Below, in pieces: positions 31,478 to 41,015 of a stretch of DNA of 64,000 nucleotides (its first letter is position 1; each line of letters starts with the position of its first letter). Origin of the DNA: an uncultured bacterium (GTDB taxonomy: Bacteria; Zixibacteria; MSB-5A5; UBA10806). The notes beneath the pieces were generated by a model. That model saw nothing but the letters and a program-made list of their open reading frames with translations. It was not told the origin of the DNA and searched no databases. The DNA is taken from positions 32,001-96,000 of the forward strand of contig CBEUCH010000005.1 of assembly GCA_965541585.1 (NCBI GenBank), read 5' to 3'. A program made the position numbers and the translations under genes.

Positions 31478-31683
31478 ACTCTCCGATAGCTGCCATTTCC
31501 AGCATTATGATGCAAGGGATTCGACTCCCTCAAACCGTCTATCTAGCGCATCCAAAAGGGGCGGAAATCGCTTTCAGCCCCAGATGATAATCATAAGTGT
31601 TAGAGTTCCCCGATGTCAACTCATTTATCGGTGCTCGCGACAACCTGTTACCCCAAAATACATTACGACGTCCCCGCAGCCGC

Positions 31684-32163
31684 TTACCTCCTCCTTGATA
31701 ACAGATTATCAACAATTCTGCTGGTCGATTTGCCCCGCGTCAGCTGTATTGTTTTTACTATTCCTCCCCAGGATTGTACTTCCGTTGCTCCAACAATCTC
31801 CGAGATCTTATAATCGGCACCCTTAACGAGAATATCGGGGCGGATTTTCCTTATTAGCCGGATAGGTGTATCATCGCCGAAACCGACCACCAGATCGACT
31901 GGAACCAGATATGAAAGCAAAAGCGCTCTCTCTTTGAATTTCAGAACGGGTCGACCTCTTCCTTTCAGGCGTCGTACAGATTCGTCGAAATTGAGGCCGA
32001 CTATCAGATAATCACCCAGCTTGCGTGCGGTATCCAGATAGATCGCATGGCCGGCATGAATCAGATCGAAACAGCCATTGGTGAAGACGACTTTTTTTCC
32101 CTGGCGCCTTAGTCTTTCGCGGATCCTGGCGGCTCCGGCCTGGGTTACGATTCTGGTGTTCAT
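31684..32163 (-). CDS. rfaE2: D-glycero-beta-D-manno-heptose 1-phosphate adenylyltransferase (HldC)
   Basis: FTNGCFDLIHAGH, LVKGADY, GKSTS. Confidence 0.93.
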   Translation of the reverse strand: MNTRIVTQAGAARIRERLRRQGKKVVFTNGCFDLIHAGHAIYLDTARKLGDYLIVGLNFDESVRRLKGRGRPVLKFKERALLLSYLVPVDLVVGFGDDTPIRLIRKIRPDILVKGADYKISEIVGATEVQSWGGIVKTIQLTRGKSTSRIVDNLLSRRR

Positions 32164-33143
32164 TCTCTCTCGAGCAGCACCTTTCTCAATTCCACTTGCG
32201 TTATCCTGGCGGTTCCGAATTTGGCGACGGCCAATCCGGCGGCGACATTCGATATAAAAGCCGCCTCCTGCATGGTCGCTCCGGCCAATCGCGCCACACT
32301 CAGGGTGGCAATGACCGTATCCCCTGCACCCGTGACATCGTAGACCGTCCTGGCTTCTACCGGAATATCTGTCCTGATACGATCCTTCTCGAACAGAGTC
32401 ATGCCCTTCTCTCCCAATGTGATCAGAAGAGATTCCAGGTGAAGCGAATCTATCAGATCCCAGCCCACCTCCTCGAGTATCTTATCGCTGGTAATCCGCC
32501 TCCCGGAAACGAAACCGGCCTCATGATGGTTGGGCGTGATTACCGAGACATTCCGGTAATTCCTGAAATGAATCTCCTTGGGATCCACTGCTATGAACTT
32601 ACCGGCATCATTGGCCAGGGATATCAGTTCGGAGAGCAGTTGGTAGGTTATCACGCCTTTCCCGTAATCCGAAATAATGACCCCATCGACCCTGGCCATC
32701 TGTTTTCTAATCTTCTCCAGTAAAGCTTCAATAACACCATCGCCGATCTCGGAGGTTACTTCCCGGTCTATCCGGACCACCTGCTGGCTGTGTGCAACTA
32801 TCCGGGTTTTAACTGTCGTCGAACGATTTGAATCAACCACCAGATGCTCAGGTTGAATCTTACATGCGGATATGTTTCTTTTAAACATCTCCGCAAACGA
32901 GTCATCGCCCACGACCCCTATCAGGGTAGCTTTGGCGCCGAGGGCGCTGACATTGGCGGCAACGTTGGCGGCGCCGCCGGGATTTGACGTCTCCTTATGC
33001 ACCTGAACGACCGGCACCGGTGCCTCCGGGGAGATGCGATCGACATTTCCCCACAGGTAGCGGTCGAGCATCAGATCCCCCAGCACCATTACGTTAACGC
33101 CCTGAAAACTGCCTGTTATTCTTTCAACTGTCTCTTTGTTCAT
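32160..33143 (-). CDS. rfaE1: D-glycero-beta-D-manno-heptose 7-phosphate kinase (HldA)
   Basis: RISPEAPVPV, GGAANVA, SDYGKG, DVTGAGDT; start placed at ATG 33143. Confidence 0.94.
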   Translation of the reverse strand: MNKETVERITGSFQGVNVMVLGDLMLDRYLWGNVDRISPEAPVPVVQVHKETSNPGGAANVAANVSALGAKATLIGVVGDDSFAEMFKRNISACKIQPEHLVVDSNRSTTVKTRIVAHSQQVVRIDREVTSEIGDGVIEALLEKIRKQMARVDGVIISDYGKGVITYQLLSELISLANDAGKFIAVDPKEIHFRNYRNVSVITPNHHEAGFVSGRRITSDKILEEVGWDLIDSLHLESLLITLGEKGMTLFEKDRIRTDIPVEARTVYDVTGAGDTVIATLSVARLAGATMQEAAFISNVAAGLAVAKFGTARITQVELRKVLLERE

Positions 33144-33168
33144 AACCACCGAGTTCGCTCTAAATACC

Positions 33169-33196
33169 TTGACACGAAAGGGAATTATATTAAAAT
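33169..33196 (+). promoter_or_regulatory. Sigma70 promoter TTGACA-N16-TAAAAT
   Basis: Upstream of the DUF3467-GH57 pair. Confidence 0.55.
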
Positions 33197-33258
33197 TGAA
33201 GTCTTTAGGCAATAGGTATTGGCGCTATTTGCTAACGCCATCGGGTAAAGGAGAAGTG

Positions 33259-33573
33259 ATGCAACAAAAGCCGCGGCAATTAAACATAGAACTGGGCGAA
33301 AAAGAATCGGAGGGGATCTATTCTAACCTGGCTTTGATCGTCCACTCCCCGCAAGAGATGATCATTGATTTTGCCCGGGTGATGCCGGGAGCTCAAAAAA
33401 CAAAGGTTCTGGCACGAATAATAATGACGCCGGCCCATGCCAAGATGCTGCACAAAGCCCTGGAGGAGAATATAAAAAAATACGAGGGTCAATTCGGCCA
33501 GATTAAGATTCAGGGCGATGCCGGTAAAAGCATAGGTTTCCAGGCCACCGACAAGGATAGTCCCCGGAAATGA
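33259..33573 (+). CDS. DUF3467 family protein
   Basis: EGIYSN...EMIIDF...ARIIMTPAHAK...YEGQFG; AAGGAG SD. Confidence 0.85.
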   Translation: MQQKPRQLNIELGEKESEGIYSNLALIVHSPQEMIIDFARVMPGAQKTKVLARIIMTPAHAKMLHKALEENIKKYEGQFGQIKIQGDAGKSIGFQATDKDSPRK

Positions 33574-35285
33574 TCAGGGGATATTTTACCTTTGTCTTAC
33601 ATTCTCATCTTCCTTACGTACTCGGTCACGGGAGATGGCCTCACGGCACGGACTGGCTCAATGAAGCATCGGCGGAAACATATATTCCTCTGCTTCAAAC
33701 CTGCGACAGTCTGATAGAACAGGGCATATCGCCAAAATTCACCATTGGGATTTCTCCGGTACTCTGCGAGCAGCTTGCGCATGATGCTTTCAAAACGAAT
33801 TTCGTCGATTACCTGAGGCATCGGATTGAGGCGGCCGCAGGCGATGCCGAGGAGTTTTATCGTACTGGTCAGGACGATTTTTTGAAACTCGCCCACAACT
33901 GGGAGGATTTTTACAAACGGGCGCTGAGCACCTTTACCGAGACTTACAACCAGGATATAGTCGCGCAGTTTCGCCGGCTACAGGATGCCGGGCATATCGA
34001 GATTATAACCTGTGCTGCCACTCATGGCTACCTGCCGCTTCTTTCGCAGGATGAATCATGCCAGGCGCAGATAAAGCAGGCTATTGCATCGTACCGCCGG
34101 AATTTCGGAAAAGACCCCAGAGGCATCTGGCTTCCCGAGTGCGCATACAGGCCCTCCTACGACTGGAGCGCTCCGGTTAAGGTTGAAGGCCTGCCTGACG
34201 GCTATAAGAGAAAGGGAATCGAGGAGTTTCTCTCGGAAAACGGGATTGAATATTTCTTCATAGATAGCGCGACCCTCAGGGGCGGAAAAGCTATCGGTGT
34301 CTATATGGACAGGTTTGACGCCCTGAGAACGCTCTGGGGAAAGTTCGAAAAGCAGTATGAACCACGCTCCGAAGAGCAGGAGAAAACTCCGCTCTCGGTC
34401 TATCTTGTCGGCGACAAGGACGGTCAGCAACCTGTGGGAGTATTCACACGTCATCCGGAAACCAGCCTTCAGGTATGGTCCGGAGAATGGGGATATCCCG
34501 GTGATAGTCACTACCTCGACTTTCATAAGAAAAGATTTCCCGGAGGACATCGCTATTGGAAAGTGACATCATCCAAGTCGGACCTGGCGGATAAATCCAT
34601 CTACGATCCTGCTCCGATTTCAGATAGGCTGGAGGAGAACTCCTCGCATTTCGCAAATCTGGTGGCGCATCAGCTCCTGGATCACCATGAAAAAACAGGG
34701 GAGCCAGGGATCGTTGTAGCGCCATTCGATTCAGAGTTGTTCGGTCACTGGTGGTTCGAGGGTCCTTTATTTCTTCGAAAGGCCATGGAGAAAATAGCGG
34801 CCTCGAGTGAAATAGGCCTTTGCACGGCCGGCGAGTACTACGACATGTCCAGACCGTCGAACGTAATCACACTTCCGGAAGGCTCCTGGGGTGAGGGTGG
34901 ATTTCATTATATCTGGCTTAACGAGTGGACCGACTGGACCTGGAAGCATGTGTACGAAGATGAATTAAAGATGAAAGAGCTCGCCGGTCGATATAAAAAA
35001 GGCAAAGAGCTCGAGAAACGTATCATAACCCAGGCAGCACGAGAGCTGATGCTTTTGTCCTCTTCCGATTGGCAATTTCTAATTTCAACCTGGGCCGCCA
35101 GGGATTATGCCGAGGCCAGGATCGCCGCCCACCATGAGGCCTTTCAGCGACTGGCGCAGATGGCCGATAAGGCTGATAACCTCTCCCCCGGAGAATTGTC
35201 TTATCTTGTCGACCTGGAACAGAGGGATGATATATTTCCCGATTTAGACCCAACGTGGTTTGAAAAGGTGGAATTCCCGGCATAA
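33570..35285 (+). CDS. GH57 family 1,4-alpha-glucan branching enzyme (DUF1957)
   Basis: LHSHLPY, ATHGYLP, WLPECAY, FDSELFGHWWFEG, SSDWQF. Confidence 0.92.
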   Translation: MIRGYFTFVLHSHLPYVLGHGRWPHGTDWLNEASAETYIPLLQTCDSLIEQGISPKFTIGISPVLCEQLAHDAFKTNFVDYLRHRIEAAAGDAEEFYRTGQDDFLKLAHNWEDFYKRALSTFTETYNQDIVAQFRRLQDAGHIEIITCAATHGYLPLLSQDESCQAQIKQAIASYRRNFGKDPRGIWLPECAYRPSYDWSAPVKVEGLPDGYKRKGIEEFLSENGIEYFFIDSATLRGGKAIGVYMDRFDALRTLWGKFEKQYEPRSEEQEKTPLSVYLVGDKDGQQPVGVFTRHPETSLQVWSGEWGYPGDSHYLDFHKKRFPGGHRYWKVTSSKSDLADKSIYDPAPISDRLEENSSHFANLVAHQLLDHHEKTGEPGIVVAPFDSELFGHWWFEGPLFLRKAMEKIAASSEIGLCTAGEYYDMSRPSNVITLPEGSWGEGGFHYIWLNEWTDWTWKHVYEDELKMKELAGRYKKGKELEKRIITQAARELMLLSSSDWQFLISTWAARDYAEARIAAHHEAFQRLAQMADKADNLSPGELSYLVDLEQRDDIFPDLDPTWFEKVEFPA

Positions 35286-35291
35286 TCCAGC

Positions 35292-35852
35292 ATGGATTTT
35301 TCCATGAAAAAGCGAGCGACGCGATTTATTAGTATTATCGGATCATCTGTTTGCCTGGCCGCGATTCTGGCTTCATTCTGCGGTACCGCAAACGATCACG
35401 AGCAAATAAAGAAAAAGAAGATGCCTGATCTGCATTATGCCTATGCGGATTTCGATAGCGCCATGTTCAGTATCGATGAGTCTATTGCCTGCACCATGGA
35501 GCTTTACGCGTTGAACCCGCAGGTTTTTGGAGATCCTGTAGGAATCATATTCACATTTACAGATTCGCTATACCTTTCTCCCTCCGGCCGGCAGACAGCC
35601 TTGATTCTAGCAGATGAGTCCTGGGAACCGCCCCCGGGCATTATCATAGAGACCATATCAGGGGGTGAAGCGCTGGTATACGATTGCTATCGTCACTACG
35701 ACAGCCTCGATGCCTGCTGGAGAGAAATAGCTGATCTCGCCCGCGGACAGAAGCTTTCCTGCATCCCGCCGGGAATCGAAATTTATAGGGGATTCGGAAC
35801 CGAATCATCGGTCGATTCCTCCTCGGCGCAATTAATCATACGTATACGATAA
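35292..35852 (+). CDS. Exported protein with a GyrI-like effector-binding domain
   Basis: N-terminal hydrophobic segment; TISGGEA...YDSL..CW.EI...GIEIY pattern. Confidence 0.55.
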   Translation: MDFSMKKRATRFISIIGSSVCLAAILASFCGTANDHEQIKKKKMPDLHYAYADFDSAMFSIDESIACTMELYALNPQVFGDPVGIIFTFTDSLYLSPSGRQTALILADESWEPPPGIIIETISGGEALVYDCYRHYDSLDACWREIADLARGQKLSCIPPGIEIYRGFGTESSVDSSSAQLIIRIR

Positions 35853-35874
35853 GGGGCGGTCAAAAAACCGCCCC
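35853..35874. terminator. Hairpin between convergent genes
   Basis: GGGGCGGT-CAAAAA-ACCGCCCC. Confidence 0.65.
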
Positions 35875-35912
35875 GAGTCACCGAGCCGTTTATAAAAGGA
35901 GAGTATTACTGC

Positions 35913-37652
35913 CTAAAATTCCTCAACCAGGCTAACAGTTATGCCCCAGCTTGCCGGATCGCGCGGCTTGGCGGCGTTCCAGTCATTGAAGGAGTGTGAA
36001 CCGTCGGTTACGAAAATCACTTCGTATTTTCCTGGTTCCAGGATAATAGTATCATCGTATAATCTGTTCTTTCTGGCGCCGCCGGCAGGCTCGGTATTCC
36101 TCCATGTCATTTCCCAGACCGATCTTCCGGTTCTGTCGTCGGCTATCCACCCATAATCCCACATTTCTTCGCGATCACCCTCACCGATTGCATAGATCCG
36201 GATTTTGGTTCTCTTATCGAAATCAAATTTCCCGCGTCGCCGTTGGTTATCTCGCAGGCCCGTCATCTTAGCCACGATATCGGCGCCTCTCTTTATCTCA
36301 GATTCGTCCAGAAGCTTAAATTTGGAATTATCAAAATCCCTGCCGGGGTAAATGGATAATCCCCAGGACCGGAGTTCATAAGGCGAAGATGCATTCCAAT
36401 CGCGGAAGGAATGGGAACCGTCCGTTATATAATGCGCAATATAGTAACCCTTCGGCAACGTAATGAGACCGTCGAATTGCCTGTTTTTGGAGGCGCCGCC
36501 CGCATGATCCGTGTTGCGGCGAGTCATTTCCCATACGATTTTGCCTGTCGAGGCATTCTCTATCCAGCCGTAGTCGACGAAATCCCGGCCCCCCGAGCTG
36601 TATTCGCCGATGGCAAAAATTCTCAATGATTGGTCTTTTTCAAGCTGAAATGCCTGAGAGATAAATTCATCGTTGCCGGCTCTTGTCAGATCGACAAGAA
36701 CATCTCCTCGCCCTTCGGGTGTGAATGTTTGAAACGCCTTTTTATCCGATTCCTTTTCCGCCAGAAGAGCGACGCCCCAGTTGAGAGGATCATAGGGAGG
36801 TAATACATTGAAATCATCATGTGAATGGGAACCGTCCGTAACATAATATACTAAGTAATTGCCTTTTTTGAAATCCACTACCTCATTGGAATATCTATTT
36901 TTCCTGCCGCCGCCGGCTGGATCGGTATTCCAGCGATCCATCTCCCAGATCTTGTTTCCGCTTTCGGCTTCAGTTATCCAGGCGTGATCAACCGGGCTTT
37001 TGTAGTTCGATGGATATTCAGAAAGCGCGTATATCCTGATTTTCATCGGCCTATCGAGAGAGAAACCTCGCCGGAGATATTCGGAATCTCCGACCCTGTT
37101 GACCTGAAGAAGGGCACCCGTAATCTCGCCGTCGGGATCGAACAGCTTATAATCCTGAAAACCATCCTCAGGGGGGTGAACCGCTATATAGAATTCATCG
37201 ATGTAATCTTCGGTATCCTCATCCAGGTCGCCTTCGAACAGATCTCCCAGGAACTCAAATATGTTCCTGCCATTGATATATAGCTTGCCGCTCCAGCGCC
37301 CGGCGGCATAATAGTAAAGTTCATATCTTCCCGGTTTGAGAAAGACTGTTTTCTCTGCGCTACGCAATCCCTTCCGCCCCTTGCGATCGGATTTGCCTCT
37401 TTCCATCACCCAGATCGGTTCCCTGGTCGCTCCATCCAGCAGCCACCCGTAGGCGTTGAGATCATCATTCCGAACAGATCGCCCGACAGCCTTAACCGTA
37501 AATTCGGCCCCTTTCTTAATCTCGAAGCCGGCTGATTCGACCCTATCTGCTCTTATATTATCGATTTTCACTATTGGTTCACCGGCGAAGATCCAAGCCG
37601 CTGTGCCCGCCAGAATCACTGCGGTTGCTGCTATCGTTTCTCGGGTATTCAT
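35913..37652 (-). CDS. Exported protein with four internal repeats of about 140 aa
   Basis: Signal peptide; repeated DYGWI...WEM..RNT..AGG..KNR...G.Y...YVTDGSHS..DWN...P..P..WG. Confidence 0.85.
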   Translation of the reverse strand: MNTRETIAATAVILAGTAAWIFAGEPIVKIDNIRADRVESAGFEIKKGAEFTVKAVGRSVRNDDLNAYGWLLDGATREPIWVMERGKSDRKGRKGLRSAEKTVFLKPGRYELYYYAAGRWSGKLYINGRNIFEFLGDLFEGDLDEDTEDYIDEFYIAVHPPEDGFQDYKLFDPDGEITGALLQVNRVGDSEYLRRGFSLDRPMKIRIYALSEYPSNYKSPVDHAWITEAESGNKIWEMDRWNTDPAGGGRKNRYSNEVVDFKKGNYLVYYVTDGSHSHDDFNVLPPYDPLNWGVALLAEKESDKKAFQTFTPEGRGDVLVDLTRAGNDEFISQAFQLEKDQSLRIFAIGEYSSGGRDFVDYGWIENASTGKIVWEMTRRNTDHAGGASKNRQFDGLITLPKGYYIAHYITDGSHSFRDWNASSPYELRSWGLSIYPGRDFDNSKFKLLDESEIKRGADIVAKMTGLRDNQRRRGKFDFDKRTKIRIYAIGEGDREEMWDYGWIADDRTGRSVWEMTWRNTEPAGGARKNRLYDDTIILEPGKYEVIFVTDGSHSFNDWNAAKPRDPASWGITVSLVEEF

Positions 37653-37697
37653 ATTAACCTCCCCGCAAATTCCGATACTCTATACCCCAATATTGAT

Positions 37698-37723
37698 TAC
37701 GAGAAGTATGCTGGAATGTTTCA
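37698..37723 (-). promoter_or_regulatory. ECF-sigma (SigW/SigX-like) promoter TGAAAC-N16-CGTA
   Basis: Exact match to the consensus, about 45 nt upstream of ATG 37652 and downstream of a strong hairpin. Confidence 0.6.
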
Positions 37724-37749
37724 TTGATAAAGAGTTTACATAAAACGAA

Positions 37750-37773
37750 GGGCCGAGGCAGATGCCTCGGCCC
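37750..37773 (-). terminator. Hairpin terminating the sigma70 gene transcript
   Basis: GGGCCGAGGCA-GA-TGCCTCGGCCC, followed by TTCGTTTT on the minus strand. Confidence 0.75.
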
Positions 37774-37795
37774 GATCCGCTAAATTTCGAAACGC

Positions 37796-39286
37796 TCAGA
37801 GCATATCCACGCACTCTCGAAGTTTTGTCGATCTCGTTTTATGCCTGAGTTTTTTGAGGGCTTTGGCCTCGATCTGCCTGATCCGCTCCCGGGTTAGATC
37901 GAATATAAGCCCGACTTCCTCCAGTGTTCTCGGAAGGCCGTCCGACATACCGAAACGCAATCGGATAACCTCCTCCTCCCTGTCGGTAAGAGTGCTCAGC
38001 ACTTTTTCAACTTGATCCTGCAGGTAAACGAATGAAGCCTTCCCGCTTGTCGTTGAGAACTGGGGATCGGCGATAAGATTGGACATCTGGTTGTCCTCGT
38101 CATCGCCTATGGGCTTTGAAAGGGATACCGTCTGCGGTATGATGCTCAATATATCTTCGATCTTGTCGGTGGCCAGCCCCACCTTTGCAGAGAGTTCAGG
38201 GATGCTTGGCCTGCGGCCGAGCTTCTGAAATAGGGCCTGAGAGGCCTTTGCAACCCTCCCGTACTGGCTGTTCAAATACATCGGTGTCCGTATGGTCTTT
38301 GCCTGTTCGGACAGAGCCCTCGTTATCGCCTGCCTTATCCACCAGGAGGCGTAGGTTCCGAATTTGAATCCCTTCCGATAGTCAAACTTATCCACGGCCT
38401 TGACCAGTCCGGAATTGCCTTCCTGTATAAGGTCTAAGAACTCCATTCCGCGGCCGATATATTTTCTGGCTATTGAGATGACCAATCGCATATTGGCCTC
38501 TATCATGATCCGTTTGGCCTTGGCTAACTCCGACTCTAAGAATTCCAGTCGCCTTTTGAGGATCTCCAACTCCGATTGCGGCATCTCCTCGGCAAAGAGA
38601 TACTCCGAGAGATCCGAGTCCATTTTTTTGGTTATGGTGTTAAGGGGCCGATGATATCGGCGGCTTCCGTCAACCTGAATTTTGAAGTCCAGAACCAATT
38701 TTTCCAAAAACTCGAGATTGAAATTGAACTTCTCAATCTCTTTGAACAATTTTTGGCGGTTTTTTAGCCGCTTTTCGAGTATCCTGTCGATACCCTCGCC
38801 CGTGAAATCCAGATTATCACATTTGCTGCCCTCCAGAAGATCCTGGATCTTCTTCAATCTCGTGACAACCTTCTGTCTTTCGCGCTTGATGTTTTCAGGG
38901 GCAAACCAGCGGCAAGTCTCCGGTGAAACAATATCCTCCAGCCGGGATTCTTTCGAAGCCAACTTTCCCTGACAGGAAATCAGCGTATCCAGAACTACTG
39001 TTGAGGAAAAAACAATCTTCTTTATACCTATCTTGTGCCCCTCGATTCTTCGAGCGACTTTCACCTCCTGTTCTCTGGATAGAATCTTATAACGTCCCAG
39101 GTCTCTGAAGTAAACGTAGGCCGGATCCGCGCCGGTGTCGGCCGGATCGACTATGCCGTGCCCCACAACTAATCGTTTTCTCTCCGGTTTCTCCGGACTT
39201 AAATCCCCTCCGGAATCCCGGTCGATTTTTCCTCTGGCGGCACTGATGCTCTTCGTACGTCCGCCTTTATCAGACTCTCGCGTCAT
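37796..39286 (-). CDS. rpoD: Sigma70 family group 1/2 RNA polymerase sigma factor (diverged RpoD-like)
   Basis: [22 protein letters not shown]...[13 protein letters not shown]; downstream of dnaG. Confidence 0.8.
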   Translation of the reverse strand: MTRESDKGGRTKSISAARGKIDRDSGGDLSPEKPERKRLVVGHGIVDPADTGADPAYVYFRDLGRYKILSREQEVKVARRIEGHKIGIKKIVFSSTVVLDTLISCQGKLASKESRLEDIVSPETCRWFAPENIKRERQKVVTRLKKIQDLLEGSKCDNLDFTGEGIDRILEKRLKNRQKLFKEIEKFNFNLEFLEKLVLDFKIQVDGSRRYHRPLNTITKKMDSDLSEYLFAEEMPQSELEILKRRLEFLESELAKAKRIMIEANMRLVISIARKYIGRGMEFLDLIQEGNSGLVKAVDKFDYRKGFKFGTYASWWIRQAITRALSEQAKTIRTPMYLNSQYGRVAKASQALFQKLGRRPSIPELSAKVGLATDKIEDILSIIPQTVSLSKPIGDDEDNQMSNLIADPQFSTTSGKASFVYLQDQVEKVLSTLTDREEEVIRLRFGMSDGLPRTLEEVGLIFDLTRERIRQIEAKALKKLRHKTRSTKLRECVDML

Positions 39287-41015
39287 TTGCCTCAACCTCG
39301 AGTTTTAGGTTTTGAAACTCCCGGGTTAAAATCTCTATTCTATTTTTATCAGACATTCTCTCCGCCTCTCCAATCTGTCCTTTCAGCTCATCCAGACGTT
39401 TTCTGAGAGAGATCAGTCTGAATTTCTTTAGATATTCCTCAAATTCCGGCTCCCAGTCGGAAGTCAATTGCTCCTGAAGGGCTATTTCCCGCAGCCGGCG
39501 GCTGGCTCCGTTATCGCCAATCTTTTCGGATAAATCGGATATATCCAGCTCTGTCTCATCAGCACAGGCACCCACCATAGCAGCGAATATTTTGCCGTAG
39601 CTGCTCTCTGCAAACAACGACTTCTCCACCAGTCCATCGCTTCTGAGAATCAATTCCGGATGCGCCAGAAGAAGTGCCAGAAACTTCCTTTCAAATCGAT
39701 CCCTTCCCGATGATAGTTGCTCCTCGGCACCAGTTCTCACGACCCGGCCGGTGTCGCTGATGATGCCGAGGGTTTTCAGATCGATGCCCAGCCTTTCGAA
39801 CATCTTTTTCGAAAGCAACTCCCTCGTCAGTTTATCCTCAACGGGAGCCGTTAGCTCTGTCAGAACGCCGATTATCCTTTTTTGCCTCGACAGCGTCTGC
39901 TCAGAAAAACGTCCTTCTATAGTCTGTTCTATGAAGTCTATAATATCCACTGCCCCGGCAATCAATCCGGAGAGCTCCCCGGCCCCTCTGTCTCTGACGA
40001 AGCTATCGGGATCGAAGCCTCTGGGTAATCTGACCAACCGCGGCTCCAGACCCGAGTTATATAGAATTCCGCAGGCCCTGAAAGCGGCCTTGACGCCGGC
40101 GGAATCCGAATCATAGAGAAGGACTACTCTTTCGCAGAAACGTGCTAATAGAGCCGCCTGCCCGGCGGTGAAGCCAGTGCCGCTGGCGGCAACCACGTTT
40201 TTTATGCCGGCTTGGTGCAACGTTATTAAATCAAAATATCCTTCGACGACGACTGCCTCATTTTTGGTGCGCACTTCGTTCTTCGAAACCTCAAGGCCAT
40301 ACAATAATCGGCCTTTCTTATATACCTCCGTTTCGGGTGAGTTAATATATTTGGGAGAATCATCCCCGGGCAAAACGCGGCCACCGAAGCCAACGATTCT
40401 TCCCGCAATGGTCCTGATCGGGATCATTAATCTGTTACGAAAACGATCGTAATATCCCTCCTTTTTAATCGCCAGACCTGCCCTCTCCAAGTCTGAGGGT
40501 TTGATACCTTTCGGGGACACCGCCTTTATAAGACCATCCCAGCCGGGAGGCGCAAAGCCGATACCGAATATTTGCGCAATTGACTTTTCAATCCCCCGCG
40601 ATTTAAGATATCTTATCGCGGTCACCGAGGATCTACTCCATAACGAGTTTTCGAAATAACCTGCTGCATGGGACAGAGCATTATACAGCTGGTCGCTATC
40701 CGATTTCAAATTCCCGGTTTCCGGGATAGAAATGCCTGCTTTGGCCGCCAGATATCTTAAAGCTCCGGGATAATCAAAACGCTCATGCTCCATAATGAAG
40801 TTGATAACGTTTCCGCCCTTGCTGCATCCGAAACAATGATAGAATCCTCTGGAGGGAACCACGTAGAACGAGGGCGTTTTCTCCTGGTGGAACGGACAGA
40901 GACCCTTATAATCCTTGCCGCTTTTTTTTAAGTTTACAAACTCGGTAATGACAGCAACGATGTCGGATTCGTTTGTAATCCGCTCGACAATATCTTTCGG
41001 GATCAAAGCCGCCAT
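39270..41015 (-). CDS. dnaG: DNA primase
   Basis: [15 protein letters not shown] Zn ribbon, [26 protein letters not shown]. Confidence 0.97.
   Translation of the reverse strand: MAALIPKDIVERITNESDIVAVITEFVNLKKSGKDYKGLCPFHQEKTPSFYVVPSRGFYHCFGCSKGGNVINFIMEHERFDYPGALRYLAAKAGISIPETGNLKSDSDQLYNALSHAAGYFENSLWSRSSVTAIRYLKSRGIEKSIAQIFGIGFAPPGWDGLIKAVSPKGIKPSDLERAGLAIKKEGYYDRFRNRLMIPIRTIAGRIVGFGGRVLPGDDSPKYINSPETEVYKKGRLLYGLEVSKNEVRTKNEAVVVEGYFDLITLHQAGIKNVVAASGTGFTAGQAALLARFCERVVLLYDSDSAGVKAAFRACGILYNSGLEPRLVRLPRGFDPDSFVRDRGAGELSGLIAGAVDIIDFIEQTIEGRFSEQTLSRQKRIIGVLTELTAPVEDKLTRELLSKKMFERLGIDLKTLGIISDTGRVVRTGAEEQLSSGRDRFERKFLALLLAHPELILRSDGLVEKSLFAESSYGKIFAAMVGACADETELDISDLSEKIGDNGASRRLREIALQEQLTSDWEPEFEEYLKKFRLISLRKRLDELKGQIGEAERMSDKNRIEILTREFQNLKLEVEANDARV

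Noticed and set aside
31478..31683. 6S RNA, SRP RNA or a known riboswitch
   Set aside because: No long closing duplex or recognisable aptamer motif; kept only as a candidate structured leader.
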